IMG/VR virus record: IMGVR_UViG_3300037470_000610
Coordinates: 1 to 26,284 of that record
DNA from: a virus
Taxonomy: Duplodnaviria; Caudoviricetes
Direction: 5' to 3' (one strand)
DNA: 26,284 nucleotides
In this document: positions 1-8,268 of the stretch, piece by piece
Layout of the letters: each line of letters starts with the position of its first letter
Position numbering within the stretch: position 1 is the first letter of the stretch
Notes under the pieces: generated by a model
The model's database searches: none
The model's input: only the letters and a program-made list of their open reading frames with translations
Told to the model about the DNA's origin: nothing
Translations under genes and position numbers: made by a program

Positions 1-54
1 GGAATGTCCACACACGCTCCGACCTCCCGACCCCCGAGATAAACCCGTTTGTGC

Positions 55-699
55 TCACCACGTCGGCAAGGCCAACTCCCCCGTCTCCTCGTCGATGAGG
101 TTGTGGTCCTGTAGCCAACCGAACAGTGACGCCTGCCCCGAATCGAACATCAGTTGTGCCGCCTCGCGCTGTTCATTGGGACGGAAAATCGCGCGCGGGA
201 CAGGCTGCGTGAACCCCCTGACTGTCGTTGGCGGTTTCCAGCCGGTAATGTCGGCCCCGTCGAGATCGACGTTGAACTCCCGTCTCGTGGTGTCATACAT
301 TCCCCAGGCTGCCGAGGCGTTAGCGTTGACGAGATACGCCCCAGCGAGACTGCATCCCTCGGCGAACGAACAGCCCCGCTCCCACGTGCTGTACGGGGCA
401 TGGATGTTGCGGAAGCTGGTGCCGGTGCAGGCCACGTTGAGTCTCGCGCGTTCGAGGTCGGCACCGTCAAACCGCGTGCCGTCGCACAAACATTTGACGA
501 ATCGTGCGTTTTTCGCGATCACGTCGCGGAGGTCGGCGCCGGGGAGAGCGCACTGCGGGAACACGCAATCCGATATGTCCATGCCCCAGAGATTTGCGCC
601 TCCCAGATAGGTTCCGCGCGGAAACCTGTGCCCCCGCAGGGTATCGCCCTCTACTACGTAGAGAACCTGTCCGACTGCGTTTTTGATCTCAACGCTCAT
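55..699 (-). CDS. Pentapeptide-repeat protein (214 aa)
   Basis: A-[ND]-L-x-x type repeats (GANLW, GADLR, NARFV, GADLE, RARLN, GAYLV, GADIT). ATG overlaps the upstream TGA, with GAGGA upstream. Confidence 0.8.
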   Translation of the reverse strand: MSVEIKNAVGQVLYVVEGDTLRGHRFPRGTYLGGANLWGMDISDCVFPQCALPGADLRDVIAKNARFVKCLCDGTRFDGADLERARLNVACTGTSFRNIHAPYSTWERGCSFAEGCSLAGAYLVNANASAAWGMYDTTRREFNVDLDGADITGWKPPTTVRGFTQPVPRAIFRPNEQREAAQLMFDSGQASLFGWLQDHNLIDEETGELALPTW

Positions 700-1199
700 T
701 CGTTATCCTCCTCGTCGTCGTCATCCTCGTCGTCCTCGGGATCGGGATCGGGCGCCTCCTGCGGGCGCTCACCCGCCGCAACGCGCGGCATGTCAAGCGC
801 CGCCTGCCGCGCCAGTCCCCGCGCCGCTTCGCGGGCAGGCAGCAACGCCTTCTTCGTGCCCTGCGCCGCCTCCTCTACAGCAATATCCGCCTCGGTTGCC
901 GCGACGAATCGCTCTAGCCACTCCAGGCCCTGACGCACGATGTTATCTCGCAGCGCCCGTGCCGTGGCCGAGTCCACCTGACGCGCAGTCCGGAGCACGA
1001 GTTTCCGCAAACCGTAATTCGTACCCCGCGCGGATTCGCGCGTCCGTAGCACGAGCAATCGGTACGCGCCTGCGCGTTTTGCCCGGTTGAAAAGCTGCTT
1101 CGCCGTTTCGGTGATTGTCCCGCCTAAATCATCGAGCGGGATGGGGAGAACTCGCTGAATCTCCCGGCCCACGATCCGCGATAGCCATTTCCAGATCAT
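696..1199 (-). CDS. Hypothetical protein with basic/amphipathic N-terminus and very acidic tail (167 aa)
   Basis: GGGAGG RBS before the ATG. Operon-consistent. Ends PDPDPEDDEDDDDEEDNE. Confidence 0.7.
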   Translation of the reverse strand: MIWKWLSRIVGREIQRVLPIPLDDLGGTITETAKQLFNRAKRAGAYRLLVLRTRESARGTNYGLRKLVLRTARQVDSATARALRDNIVRQGLEWLERFVAATEADIAVEEAAQGTKKALLPAREAARGLARQAALDMPRVAAGERPQEAPDPDPEDDEDDDDEEDNE

Positions 1200-1223
1200 G
1201 TTTCGCCTCCCTTTTCGGTCATT

Positions 1224-1436
1224 TCATTCAGGGTTCGACTCCACAGGCGGCAAATCCTTCTCGATTCCCGGCCCCTCCCGCGCGTACAGAACTCCACGCC
1301 CCAGCAGCGCCCACGCCGCCGCCTGCACAAACTCTGCGTGCTCTGGCAGGTAGATACCTGCGACGTAAACAGCTATCGCCGCCGCTACGCACCACGCAGT
1401 TCGGCTTTGCCAAATCGGTTTGTCAGGTTGTATCAT
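1224..1436 (-). CDS. Putative holin-like small membrane protein (70 aa)
   Basis: AGGAGG RBS before the ATG at 1436 (MIQPDKPIWQSRTAW...). Two short hydrophobic segments, a KPxWxSxT-type N-terminus seen in phage holin-like proteins, and a position after the tail genes. Confidence 0.55.
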   Translation of the reverse strand: MIQPDKPIWQSRTAWCVAAAIAVYVAGIYLPEHAEFVQAAAWALLGRGVLYAREGPGIEKDLPPVESNPE

Positions 1437-1464
1437 TAGCCGTCCTCCTGTTCGTCGTTGATCG

Positions 1465-1749
1465 CTAGTCCCCACTGTTTTTGAGTTTGGCCTCTAGCCA
1501 ACCCATGAGCCGGGCTTGCGCTGTTTCAATTGCGTTCAATTTCTCGTATATCGTTCGACGAGTCGCGGCTTCCTGGAGGCGAACCTCTTTGCACTCCTGC
1601 ACGTGCTTATCGAGGAGGTTCATTTGCTGTTCGAGGCGATCTTCCTGCTGTGTCAGGTGCCGCGTGAAACGGATTAGCATTCCGAGAAGTCCCGCAATCG
1701 ATATCCCGAGAATGCCCGTGATTATGGTAAACAGTTGAACTCCCGTCAT
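1465..1749 (-). CDS. Single-TM plus coiled-coil membrane protein, possible lysis accessory/holin-like (94 aa)
   Basis: N-terminal hydrophobic helix (LFTIITGILGISIAGLLGMLI) followed by a heptad-rich segment. Start moved to the ATG at 1749 to avoid overlap with the upstream gene. Confidence 0.6.
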   Translation of the reverse strand: MTGVQLFTIITGILGISIAGLLGMLIRFTRHLTQQEDRLEQQMNLLDKHVQECKEVRLQEAATRRTIYEKLNAIETAQARLMGWLEAKLKNSGD

Positions 1750-1765
1750 GAGACTGCCTCGCCAA

Positions 1766-2284
1766 TTACTTTCTGAACTGCAACGCGGCATAAGAAATGA
1801 ACGTGAATGTGTCATTGCCGCCGTCGGTTATCAGCCGCATGAAATTGTCCGCTTTTGCCCCTGCGGCGCTCAAGTCCCGCCACGACGAGACCAGCACCCC
1901 CGTTGCGTTGAGCGCAACAGACGGATTTGACGATCCCGCAGTCCAATATCCCCATGCCGTATCGTCAGAGCTTTTCTGAGCGCGCAACGTCCCCCCAGTG
2001 GAATCAGTTTGATTGTGCGCCACAATCCGAACTTGATTATATGAGGAAACATCCGCTTTCGCCCGGATTATAGCGGCGCTTTCTGCGTTGTACTCTTTCA
2101 GCGCCGCCGTCACCTGATAAGGCACTCCTTCGTACGCATTAGCCCAGAGTACAACGTTCAGCATCAACGACGATTCCAGGCTCGCCAGAAAATCGTCGAG
2201 AATCACGAGTCCCCTGTTGTACGGAATTTCTTTCGCAGACTGCGATTCGAGCACGTACGGCAGTTGTAGATTGGGCGTAGACAT
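1766..2284 (-). CDS. Tail fibre/tip accessory protein with DUF2793-like N-terminus, paralog 2 (172 aa)
   Basis: N-terminus TPNLQLPYVLESQSAKEIPYNRGLVILD resembles the DUF2793 start (TPxLxLPxLxxxQAQKxxxxNEALxxLD). Follows the tail-tip gene. Confidence 0.7.
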   Translation of the reverse strand: MSTPNLQLPYVLESQSAKEIPYNRGLVILDDFLASLESSLMLNVVLWANAYEGVPYQVTAALKEYNAESAAIIRAKADVSSYNQVRIVAHNQTDSTGGTLRAQKSSDDTAWGYWTAGSSNPSVALNATGVLVSSWRDLSAAGAKADNFMRLITDGGNDTFTFISYAALQFRK

Positions 2285-2289
2285 GGTGT

Positions 2290-2793
2290 TTACCTGAACT
2301 GCAACCGAATCGGACCTACTCCAGCCGTGTCGTTATCGCCGTTGATAGTTACAACCCGCAGAAGTACGTCTGCTTTCGCAGCTATTGCGAGGTCTACCCA
2401 TGCGCCTGCGTTGACGCCTACCGCGATTCCGCATGTGGGTCCTGTCGCACCGTCGAGATAGTCCCAATTCGATCCGCCATCGGTGGAGTATTGTCCGCGA
2501 AACTCGCCAGGGTCTGCCGCTGCATCGACTGCCGCAACGATGCGCGCCTGCGATTTAGCGGACAAATCAAGTTGAGTACGCGATAACGCAGATGCTGACG
2601 CCTCAAACTCTAGCAGAGCCGCCGTCACTGTCCATGTTCGCCTCGCACCGTACATACAGGCATCAATGATTGCGCCCTCTTGAATCGCCACAATCAGAGC
2701 ATCGAGAAGATCGCTATTGGCGTTGATTGTTGATTCTTTGTCAGACTGCGCTTGTTCGAGATACGTCAGTCCGATGTTCGGAGTTTCTGCCAT
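2290..2793 (-). CDS. Tail fibre/tip accessory protein with DUF2793-like N-terminus, paralog 1 (167 aa)
   Basis: N-terminus TPNIGLTYLEQAQSDKESTINANSDLLDAL. Visibly homologous end to end with 1766..2284. Start overlaps the upstream stop. Confidence 0.72.
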   Translation of the reverse strand: MAETPNIGLTYLEQAQSDKESTINANSDLLDALIVAIQEGAIIDACMYGARRTWTVTAALLEFEASASALSRTQLDLSAKSQARIVAAVDAAADPGEFRGQYSTDGGSNWDYLDGATGPTCGIAVGVNAGAWVDLAIAAKADVLLRVVTINGDNDTAGVGPIRLQFR

Positions 2794-5084
2794 TAGATCG
2801 TCGCCTCTCCAGGGTAGCCACGCTCATATTTACCTATCTGATAAATTACCACGTCCACGGCGGGTTGGGGTGCGCCGAAGTCGTTAGTCTGTTCCGCCGC
2901 CGTGTACTCGGCTTCCTCCTCTAATACCTCTATAGTTCGCACAGTCACGCCGCTATCGAGGATGTCTACCTCGTACGCCTCCACCGCCTCGCCGAGTGGG
3001 ATATCATCGCCGTCGCGAAACTCGAAATCCAACCGCGCCCGCCGCTTCCATGTGATTGTGAGATTGTCGGAGCCGTCCCGCTCCCCCGCGATATCGACGG
3101 GAGAGTACGGCTTGAACTCCAAACCGGTCAACGTCGCGGGTTGGTCGCTGGCGTCTGCGATATCTGCGCCGATTGTCACCGGGCGCAAGAGCACGTCTTT
3201 TCCAATCAACGCCTCCGGGAAATCCACCCGTTTGACGGCTCCCCCAGACAACAGGACAAACCGCTCACCGGTCACGTGATCGGCCCAATAGGCGTCAGTC
3301 CCGCGTCTCCCTCGGAGCAGATTAGAGAGCCGATACTGGTCACTCCCCAGGTCCTCTACGGATTGAAAACCGATGATCTCATCACCGAGAATTGCCGCAT
3401 TTGTACCCGCCAACATCTCCGCTTCAGAGCATCCCTCCAGCGCCGCCCCCTCTACGGCTTCATCGGGCAACACCTCTACATCGACGGTGCTCACTGCGTC
3501 GATTAGTCCCGTTGTCTCCGGGTCCGGGGCGTCCAATACAGAGAGTGTTTCGCCAATCGCCGCAGGGTCCTCCAGCGTCTCGAGCACTTGGTATGATTCA
3601 CCTTCATCGCGACTGATAAACACAGCGCAACCCGGCCAATCTCCCTGTCCGGTTGCGGCCAGGTACAGCCCCAGCGTGTTTGCGTCCGCGTCCCTAATAG
3701 CGTTGCTATTCCAAGCGATCAGGGTTGTCTCGCTAGAGTCGATCAAATCCTCGTCGTCTACCGGATTGGGGATGATACCCGGCGCAGCTTCCTGATCGTA
3801 ATTCTCGGGACGGTAGCGCACGAGCGAAAGCGCCAACGGACCGAACAGCGAAACGTCCATCTGGACAATTTTGAACAGCAGTTCTCGCCCGTCAGAAGTC
3901 GTGTGCGCCAACACGTCTCCGGGCGTATACTGGAGATAGCTCCCAAATGGTACTTGAGTAGATGCCTGAATCCGGCGCGACCATTCTTCGTACAGTATGC
4001 GCTCTGCTGCGAGGCGGGCCGCTGCATCGCTCATCGTCAGCGGCGTCGAAATCGTAAGACGCTCTTGCAGGTGTAGTTTTGTCGGCCGAATCGCGTGCTG
4101 CTCCGCCTGGTCGTACCACGCAGTTGGCGAGAAGTACGTCAGATCAACTTCATACGGGAGTTCAATTTCACTCACATGCCGATACTCCATCGTACGAACA
4201 GAATCATCCTGCCCCGCTGTCCAGAAATCGGCCCCCAGGTCCGCCGATTCCAGCGTTCCGTTCGCTCCCGTTCCGGCGTCGCGCGCGATTAGTTTACCGT
4301 CCGCCTCCAGTAAATCAACGTTATAGACCCGTAGAAGCGGATCGATCAGACTTCGCGCTTCCTGCCGGTTCGCGGCTACAAACCCCCCGATTTCTGGTGT
4401 TGCACTCGCCACATCGTATTCAGCCGAATCCAGCCCGCATTTACCGAACAAATCAGCGAGTACGTCGCCAACCGTCAGCGCGGGCGAAGGCGCTTCGATA
4501 TCGAAGAACAGCGCGGGGATTCGGTTCCCAAATCGCTTCAAATGGAAATCTTCAAACACGGCGTATGCCAGCCCTCGATACGCTGGGGCTGCTCCCTGGT
4601 GTGCCTCGATTAGAGGATCGGGTTCCTGCGTCTCGTCGCCGAGATAGAGGCGGATATCGTACTGCGATGTTGGCGATTTCTGGCTATTGTAGATAACTGT
4701 GTCTTCACCCCAGATTCGACGAATCCCTGGAATCGGCCCCGCACAGATTGCGACCGCCATGTTTATGTAGTAGTTATAGATAACCTCGGTTACGCTCCCG
4801 CCGCCCTTACCAGCATCATGTTCGCGCTCCTTTTTGGTTCGCCGGATTTTGCGCGTCCAGATCAGGTTTCCAGCGACTCGCGTTTCGCCGTAAACAATCG
4901 GGATCGGGACACCATACGACGATCCTGGGGTTCGCAACGAGTCGAGCTTCCCCCGCTGTTGAGGCTGGAGTCGCGGCGGGAACAGCATTCCGGCCAAAGA
5001 CGTTCCTATGGCCCACCCCAGCATGGGGTTTCCGAACGCCGCGCCGACACCCGCTCCGACGGCTCCTAGTACGATCGTTGCCAT
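2793..5084 (-). CDS. Central tail-tip / host-specificity protein (Phage-tail_3, RcGTA g15-like; 763 aa)
   Basis: MATIVLGAVGA..GWAIG N-terminus, YGVPIPIVYGETRVAGNLIW, PAYRGLAYAVFEDF..FGNRIP, LSNLLRGRRGT and ITWKRRAR motifs. Confidence 0.9.
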   Translation of the reverse strand: MATIVLGAVGAGVGAAFGNPMLGWAIGTSLAGMLFPPRLQPQQRGKLDSLRTPGSSYGVPIPIVYGETRVAGNLIWTRKIRRTKKEREHDAGKGGGSVTEVIYNYYINMAVAICAGPIPGIRRIWGEDTVIYNSQKSPTSQYDIRLYLGDETQEPDPLIEAHQGAAPAYRGLAYAVFEDFHLKRFGNRIPALFFDIEAPSPALTVGDVLADLFGKCGLDSAEYDVASATPEIGGFVAANRQEARSLIDPLLRVYNVDLLEADGKLIARDAGTGANGTLESADLGADFWTAGQDDSVRTMEYRHVSEIELPYEVDLTYFSPTAWYDQAEQHAIRPTKLHLQERLTISTPLTMSDAAARLAAERILYEEWSRRIQASTQVPFGSYLQYTPGDVLAHTTSDGRELLFKIVQMDVSLFGPLALSLVRYRPENYDQEAAPGIIPNPVDDEDLIDSSETTLIAWNSNAIRDADANTLGLYLAATGQGDWPGCAVFISRDEGESYQVLETLEDPAAIGETLSVLDAPDPETTGLIDAVSTVDVEVLPDEAVEGAALEGCSEAEMLAGTNAAILGDEIIGFQSVEDLGSDQYRLSNLLRGRRGTDAYWADHVTGERFVLLSGGAVKRVDFPEALIGKDVLLRPVTIGADIADASDQPATLTGLEFKPYSPVDIAGERDGSDNLTITWKRRARLDFEFRDGDDIPLGEAVEAYEVDILDSGVTVRTIEVLEEEAEYTAAEQTNDFGAPQPAVDVVIYQIGKYERGYPGEATI

Positions 5085-5094
5085 GTCGCTCCCG

Positions 5095-5520
5095 TCATTC
5101 CCACCGGAATCGGCCCACGGTGCGCCGACGCCAAGATTCAGCGTACCGATGTTCTACTACGCGGCCGGCGCACTCATAGGCGTGTATCATCGTCTCGTCG
5201 TCTGTCCAAATCGCGACGTGTTGTTCCGTGGATCGAATACGGAAGAGCAACACGTCTCCCGCACGGAGTAACTCTCCAGCGTCCAACTCTCGCAAGACTC
5301 GCGCCAACGCCGCGCGTACCTGTTCAGGCTTTACAAAACGTGAATACCCTGTGTAATCGTACTGCGTGAGGTCTAGTTCGTGCGCGACACAGGCGAGCAG
5401 CCCAACGCAGTCCACGCCCCTCCCCTTCCAGCGGCCCTGGTGGCGAAATGGAGTCCCTACGTATTCTCGCGCTTTGGCAACGATAGCCTCTCCTGGGGTC
5501 ATCGTCGTAATCGTCATCAT
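5095..5520 (-). CDS. NlpC/P60 tail-associated peptidase (RcGTA g14-like; 141 aa)
   Basis: GTPFRHQGR..GVDCVGL catalytic Cys motif, HVAI and MIHAY His motifs. Confidence 0.93.
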   Translation of the reverse strand: MMTITTMTPGEAIVAKAREYVGTPFRHQGRWKGRGVDCVGLLACVAHELDLTQYDYTGYSRFVKPEQVRAALARVLRELDAGELLRAGDVLLFRIRSTEQHVAIWTDDETMIHAYECAGRVVEHRYAESWRRRTVGRFRWE

Positions 5521-6380
5521 CGTCGGCCTCTTCGCAGAAGCATCCGGTGCTCTGGCACATGCGGTTCGCCTCGAAAATTGTCTGTGTTAGCGAACTTATC
5601 GCGGCATGTCAGAAAGGCGCGGTCGCAACCCGCCTCCAGCATCGCCTCTTCACCTACAGATACTGTAAACGGAAACGGCTCCTGCAACACGATCAGCGCG
5701 TCACCTGAATCAAGTGTATGCCGTTTCACCTCACGAGCAATATTGACGTTCGGCCCCTCATTGAAAACCACTCGCCCATACGTGTAATGCCCAGAGGCGG
5801 CAGAATCACTGCCGAACCGGATCGTGTAGTCATCAACAACCGCTGTTACATCGCGGTTGAACTGGAACGGCCCCAGGTCAATTTTACATCGCTCATCGCC
5901 CAGAGCTTTCACCCGGCAGAGAGGACTCGTTAACTCTCCAATCTGCTGTGAGAGACGCTGCGAAAGGGATCGAAACTCCGCCACAAATCGCCCGTCTCTG
6001 TGCGTAATCTCCCCAAAGTATCCCGTCACCATTACCAACGATCCGGCGAACACGTTTTTCGGGTTGACCATGAACAGCGTCACGGTCGCCCCGTCATACA
6101 GTCCAGCGAGCAGAGCATCCTCTGTGATTGAGGAACTCGTTATGACTCCCATTACGTCAAGATTCCCCACTCCGACACCGAGTTCATGCTGGATCGCTGA
6201 AGAATCTAGCGACGAGGTTGACTCATACAGGATTTCATCGACCGTCAAATCTCTATTGAACGACGTGAACCCGTGCTGCACTCCGTCTAGACGTTCAATC
6301 AGCACACAAACGGCCATGTAGAATCCGGGCTGGAGAACAATCTCCGCAAACTGATCGGGAAGGAGTCGAGTACCGCTCAT
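5517..6380 (-). CDS. Baseplate hub protein (DUF2163 + Phage_BR0599, RcGTA g13-like; 287 aa)
   Basis: IERLDG..GFTSFNRDL, AGLYDGATV, CRVKALGDERC and GCDRAFLTCRDKFANTDNFRGEPHVP, with four conserved Cys. Confidence 0.93.
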   Translation of the reverse strand: MSGTRLLPDQFAEIVLQPGFYMAVCVLIERLDGVQHGFTSFNRDLTVDEILYESTSSLDSSAIQHELGVGVGNLDVMGVITSSSITEDALLAGLYDGATVTLFMVNPKNVFAGSLVMVTGYFGEITHRDGRFVAEFRSLSQRLSQQIGELTSPLCRVKALGDERCKIDLGPFQFNRDVTAVVDDYTIRFGSDSAASGHYTYGRVVFNEGPNVNIAREVKRHTLDSGDALIVLQEPFPFTVSVGEEAMLEAGCDRAFLTCRDKFANTDNFRGEPHVPEHRMLLRRGRR

Positions 6381-6382
6381 CG

Positions 6383-7999
6383 TTACGTCCGCACCTCAAC
6401 GACTGGGATCGGCCCCCAATCGCGAATATTTACGTCGGTTTGCTGCATCCGCATTTCGTCTGTGTCGAATCTGGCAGGAACATCGAACTCGCATGTGACT
6501 CTCGGAACGAAACCCGGCGCTTCGGTGAACGTCACGATTCCCGTCGTATGATCGACACTGAACCCACTAACGATCTCAACGTCCCCAGCATCGTAGATCA
6601 TGACCGTACCCTCTACGGGTTTGTAGACGTTTCGTACCGTCGTTACGCTGCCGGACGCATACCGTTTGACAATCTGGAACTGATCGTCTGTCCCGGAAAT
6701 CAACGTCATGTTCTCAGCCTCGACAATCCGATAATCAGACCAATCCTTGAATCGGAATCCGCGCAGTCGCCCCTGCCGCGCCATGAAGAACGCGATCAGG
6801 ATATCGCCGGCGTCCCGGCTTTGGAGTCCCTGCGAAACATCCCACTGCCTACGCGGTGCGTCCCAAAACGCGATACGCTGCTCCGTCCCTGCGGCGGTGG
6901 CGATGACGTTGGTACGGAAAACGGGTCCGCCGACTGCCCCGCGAGCGATCTGCACAGGAAACTGAATCTCGTCGATCTCCGGTACGGTGCCGGGAAGCGC
7001 AGGCTCAAACGCCGGATCAGCGTCGATCTCGGACGGCGAGAACACGCCCGCTTGGTAAAACGCGGTAGTCAGAATCCCGAGAGTGTTTGTCACCCCGAGG
7101 AATCGTGTACCACCAGGATTCCCGTTCATCTGCTCTGCCGTCTCTACCTCGAATCGTCGCAGCCGTACGGTCGCACCTGTCGGCGATATACGCAGCGCGT
7201 ACTCTTTGCCCTTCTCGAGTAAAAGTGTCTGATCGAAAACGAAGTTTCCGATACCCTGATTGCCCCAGTGGGCACTCGCGTTGAACTCCGGCGAAGTCCA
7301 TAAAATCGCACCATCGGTTATGCTGTACAGTTGCCAATTGAATCCTGTAACCACCCCTGAGAGAAACGTCATGTTCGCCCAAGCACCGCTAACAGGAAAA
7401 TCGTCACTGGGAGCGAGGTACATACCTGCGCGTTGTCCACTGCCAACCGACGTGAAGCCCGAAACGCTACTAATCAGGTAGCAGCCGAATACATTGTAGA
7501 TGTTGCCGTCGCTGTACCGTAGAGCAAAAATTGGATTTCGATTGAGCTTACTCCACGCGCCCCCAACGCGATGCGCGCAGTACGGTATATCGCGCGTGAA
7601 GTTCCGATCAATCGACACCATACGCAGATTCGCCGTTGACGGGTCGGGGAGTTGCAGCGTAAACGCCGCGAGTCCCGCACGAGTCACCGCGACAGGAGTA
7701 TCTAGCGCAATCTCCTCAATCGTGTTCGCGTCCCCGGTCACAACGGCGATGGTCGCCTCCGCGCCTGCGGCGAGCAGAGTCCCCGTCGGCAACCCGTCTG
7801 CGTCTCCGACCGTCTCTAGCGCGGCGTGCATCGCAGGCTCGCCGGTCGTCACCGCGCCCCAACGCCAGATCAAATGCGTTACGGTGCCTGTTCTCGGAAA
7901 CACGAAAACAACACCAGCGCCTTCGCCTGCCGCATCCATCAACATCGTCGTACTGAACGACGTAGTTCCTAGTTGTTGGATATCCGGCGAGAGTTTCAT
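6383..7999 (-). CDS. Distal tail protein (DUF2460/TIGR02217, RcGTA g12-like) fused to a ~340-aa N-terminal extension (538 aa)
   Basis: The C-terminal ~197 aa carry FPVQIARGAVGGPVFRT..GTEQR..W, FFMARQGRLRGFRFKDWSD and FDVPARFDTD. The N-terminal part is unassigned and looks beta-rich. Confidence 0.88.
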   Translation of the reverse strand: MKLSPDIQQLGTTSFSTTMLMDAAGEGAGVVFVFPRTGTVTHLIWRWGAVTTGEPAMHAALETVGDADGLPTGTLLAAGAEATIAVVTGDANTIEEIALDTPVAVTRAGLAAFTLQLPDPSTANLRMVSIDRNFTRDIPYCAHRVGGAWSKLNRNPIFALRYSDGNIYNVFGCYLISSVSGFTSVGSGQRAGMYLAPSDDFPVSGAWANMTFLSGVVTGFNWQLYSITDGAILWTSPEFNASAHWGNQGIGNFVFDQTLLLEKGKEYALRISPTGATVRLRRFEVETAEQMNGNPGGTRFLGVTNTLGILTTAFYQAGVFSPSEIDADPAFEPALPGTVPEIDEIQFPVQIARGAVGGPVFRTNVIATAAGTEQRIAFWDAPRRQWDVSQGLQSRDAGDILIAFFMARQGRLRGFRFKDWSDYRIVEAENMTLISGTDDQFQIVKRYASGSVTTVRNVYKPVEGTVMIYDAGDVEIVSGFSVDHTTGIVTFTEAPGFVPRVTCEFDVPARFDTDEMRMQQTDVNIRDWGPIPVVEVRT

Positions 8000-8001
8000 G
8001 G

Positions 8002-8268
8002 CTACCGAAACCGGCCCCCGACTCGCCGTTCCAGCGCCTGTTTCGCCGTCAGTCTGGAATCGCGAGCCTGTTCAGTGTCGATGGACTGTTTGATTCGGTC
8101 ATAAATCAGTTCATCGCCGCCGTACTCGGCGCTTGGCGCGTCGCTTGTCAGACGATCCCACGGTACAACGACGATTCGTTCTCGCGCAGATTCGTCGCGC
8201 AGAGTTAGGATGGCGTGTCCGCCTCCAGGGCATGAAATCTGTGAGACTAGGAACTCTGGCATCGTCAT
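8002..8268 (-). CDS. Small hypothetical protein between TMP and Dit (88 aa)
   Basis: The ATG at 8268 overlaps the TMP TGA (ATGA) and the ORF fills the gap to the next start at 7999. Contains SCPGGGH. Confidence 0.6.
   Translation of the reverse strand: MTMPEFLVSQISCPGGGHAILTLRDESARERIVVVPWDRLTSDAPSAEYGGDELIYDRIKQSIDTEQARDSRLTAKQALERRVGGRFR

Noticed and set aside
1766-2793. Diversity-generating retroelement TR/VR pair
   Set aside because: The similarity is protein-level and diffuse, not adenine-specific near-identity, and there is no reverse transcriptase in the window.
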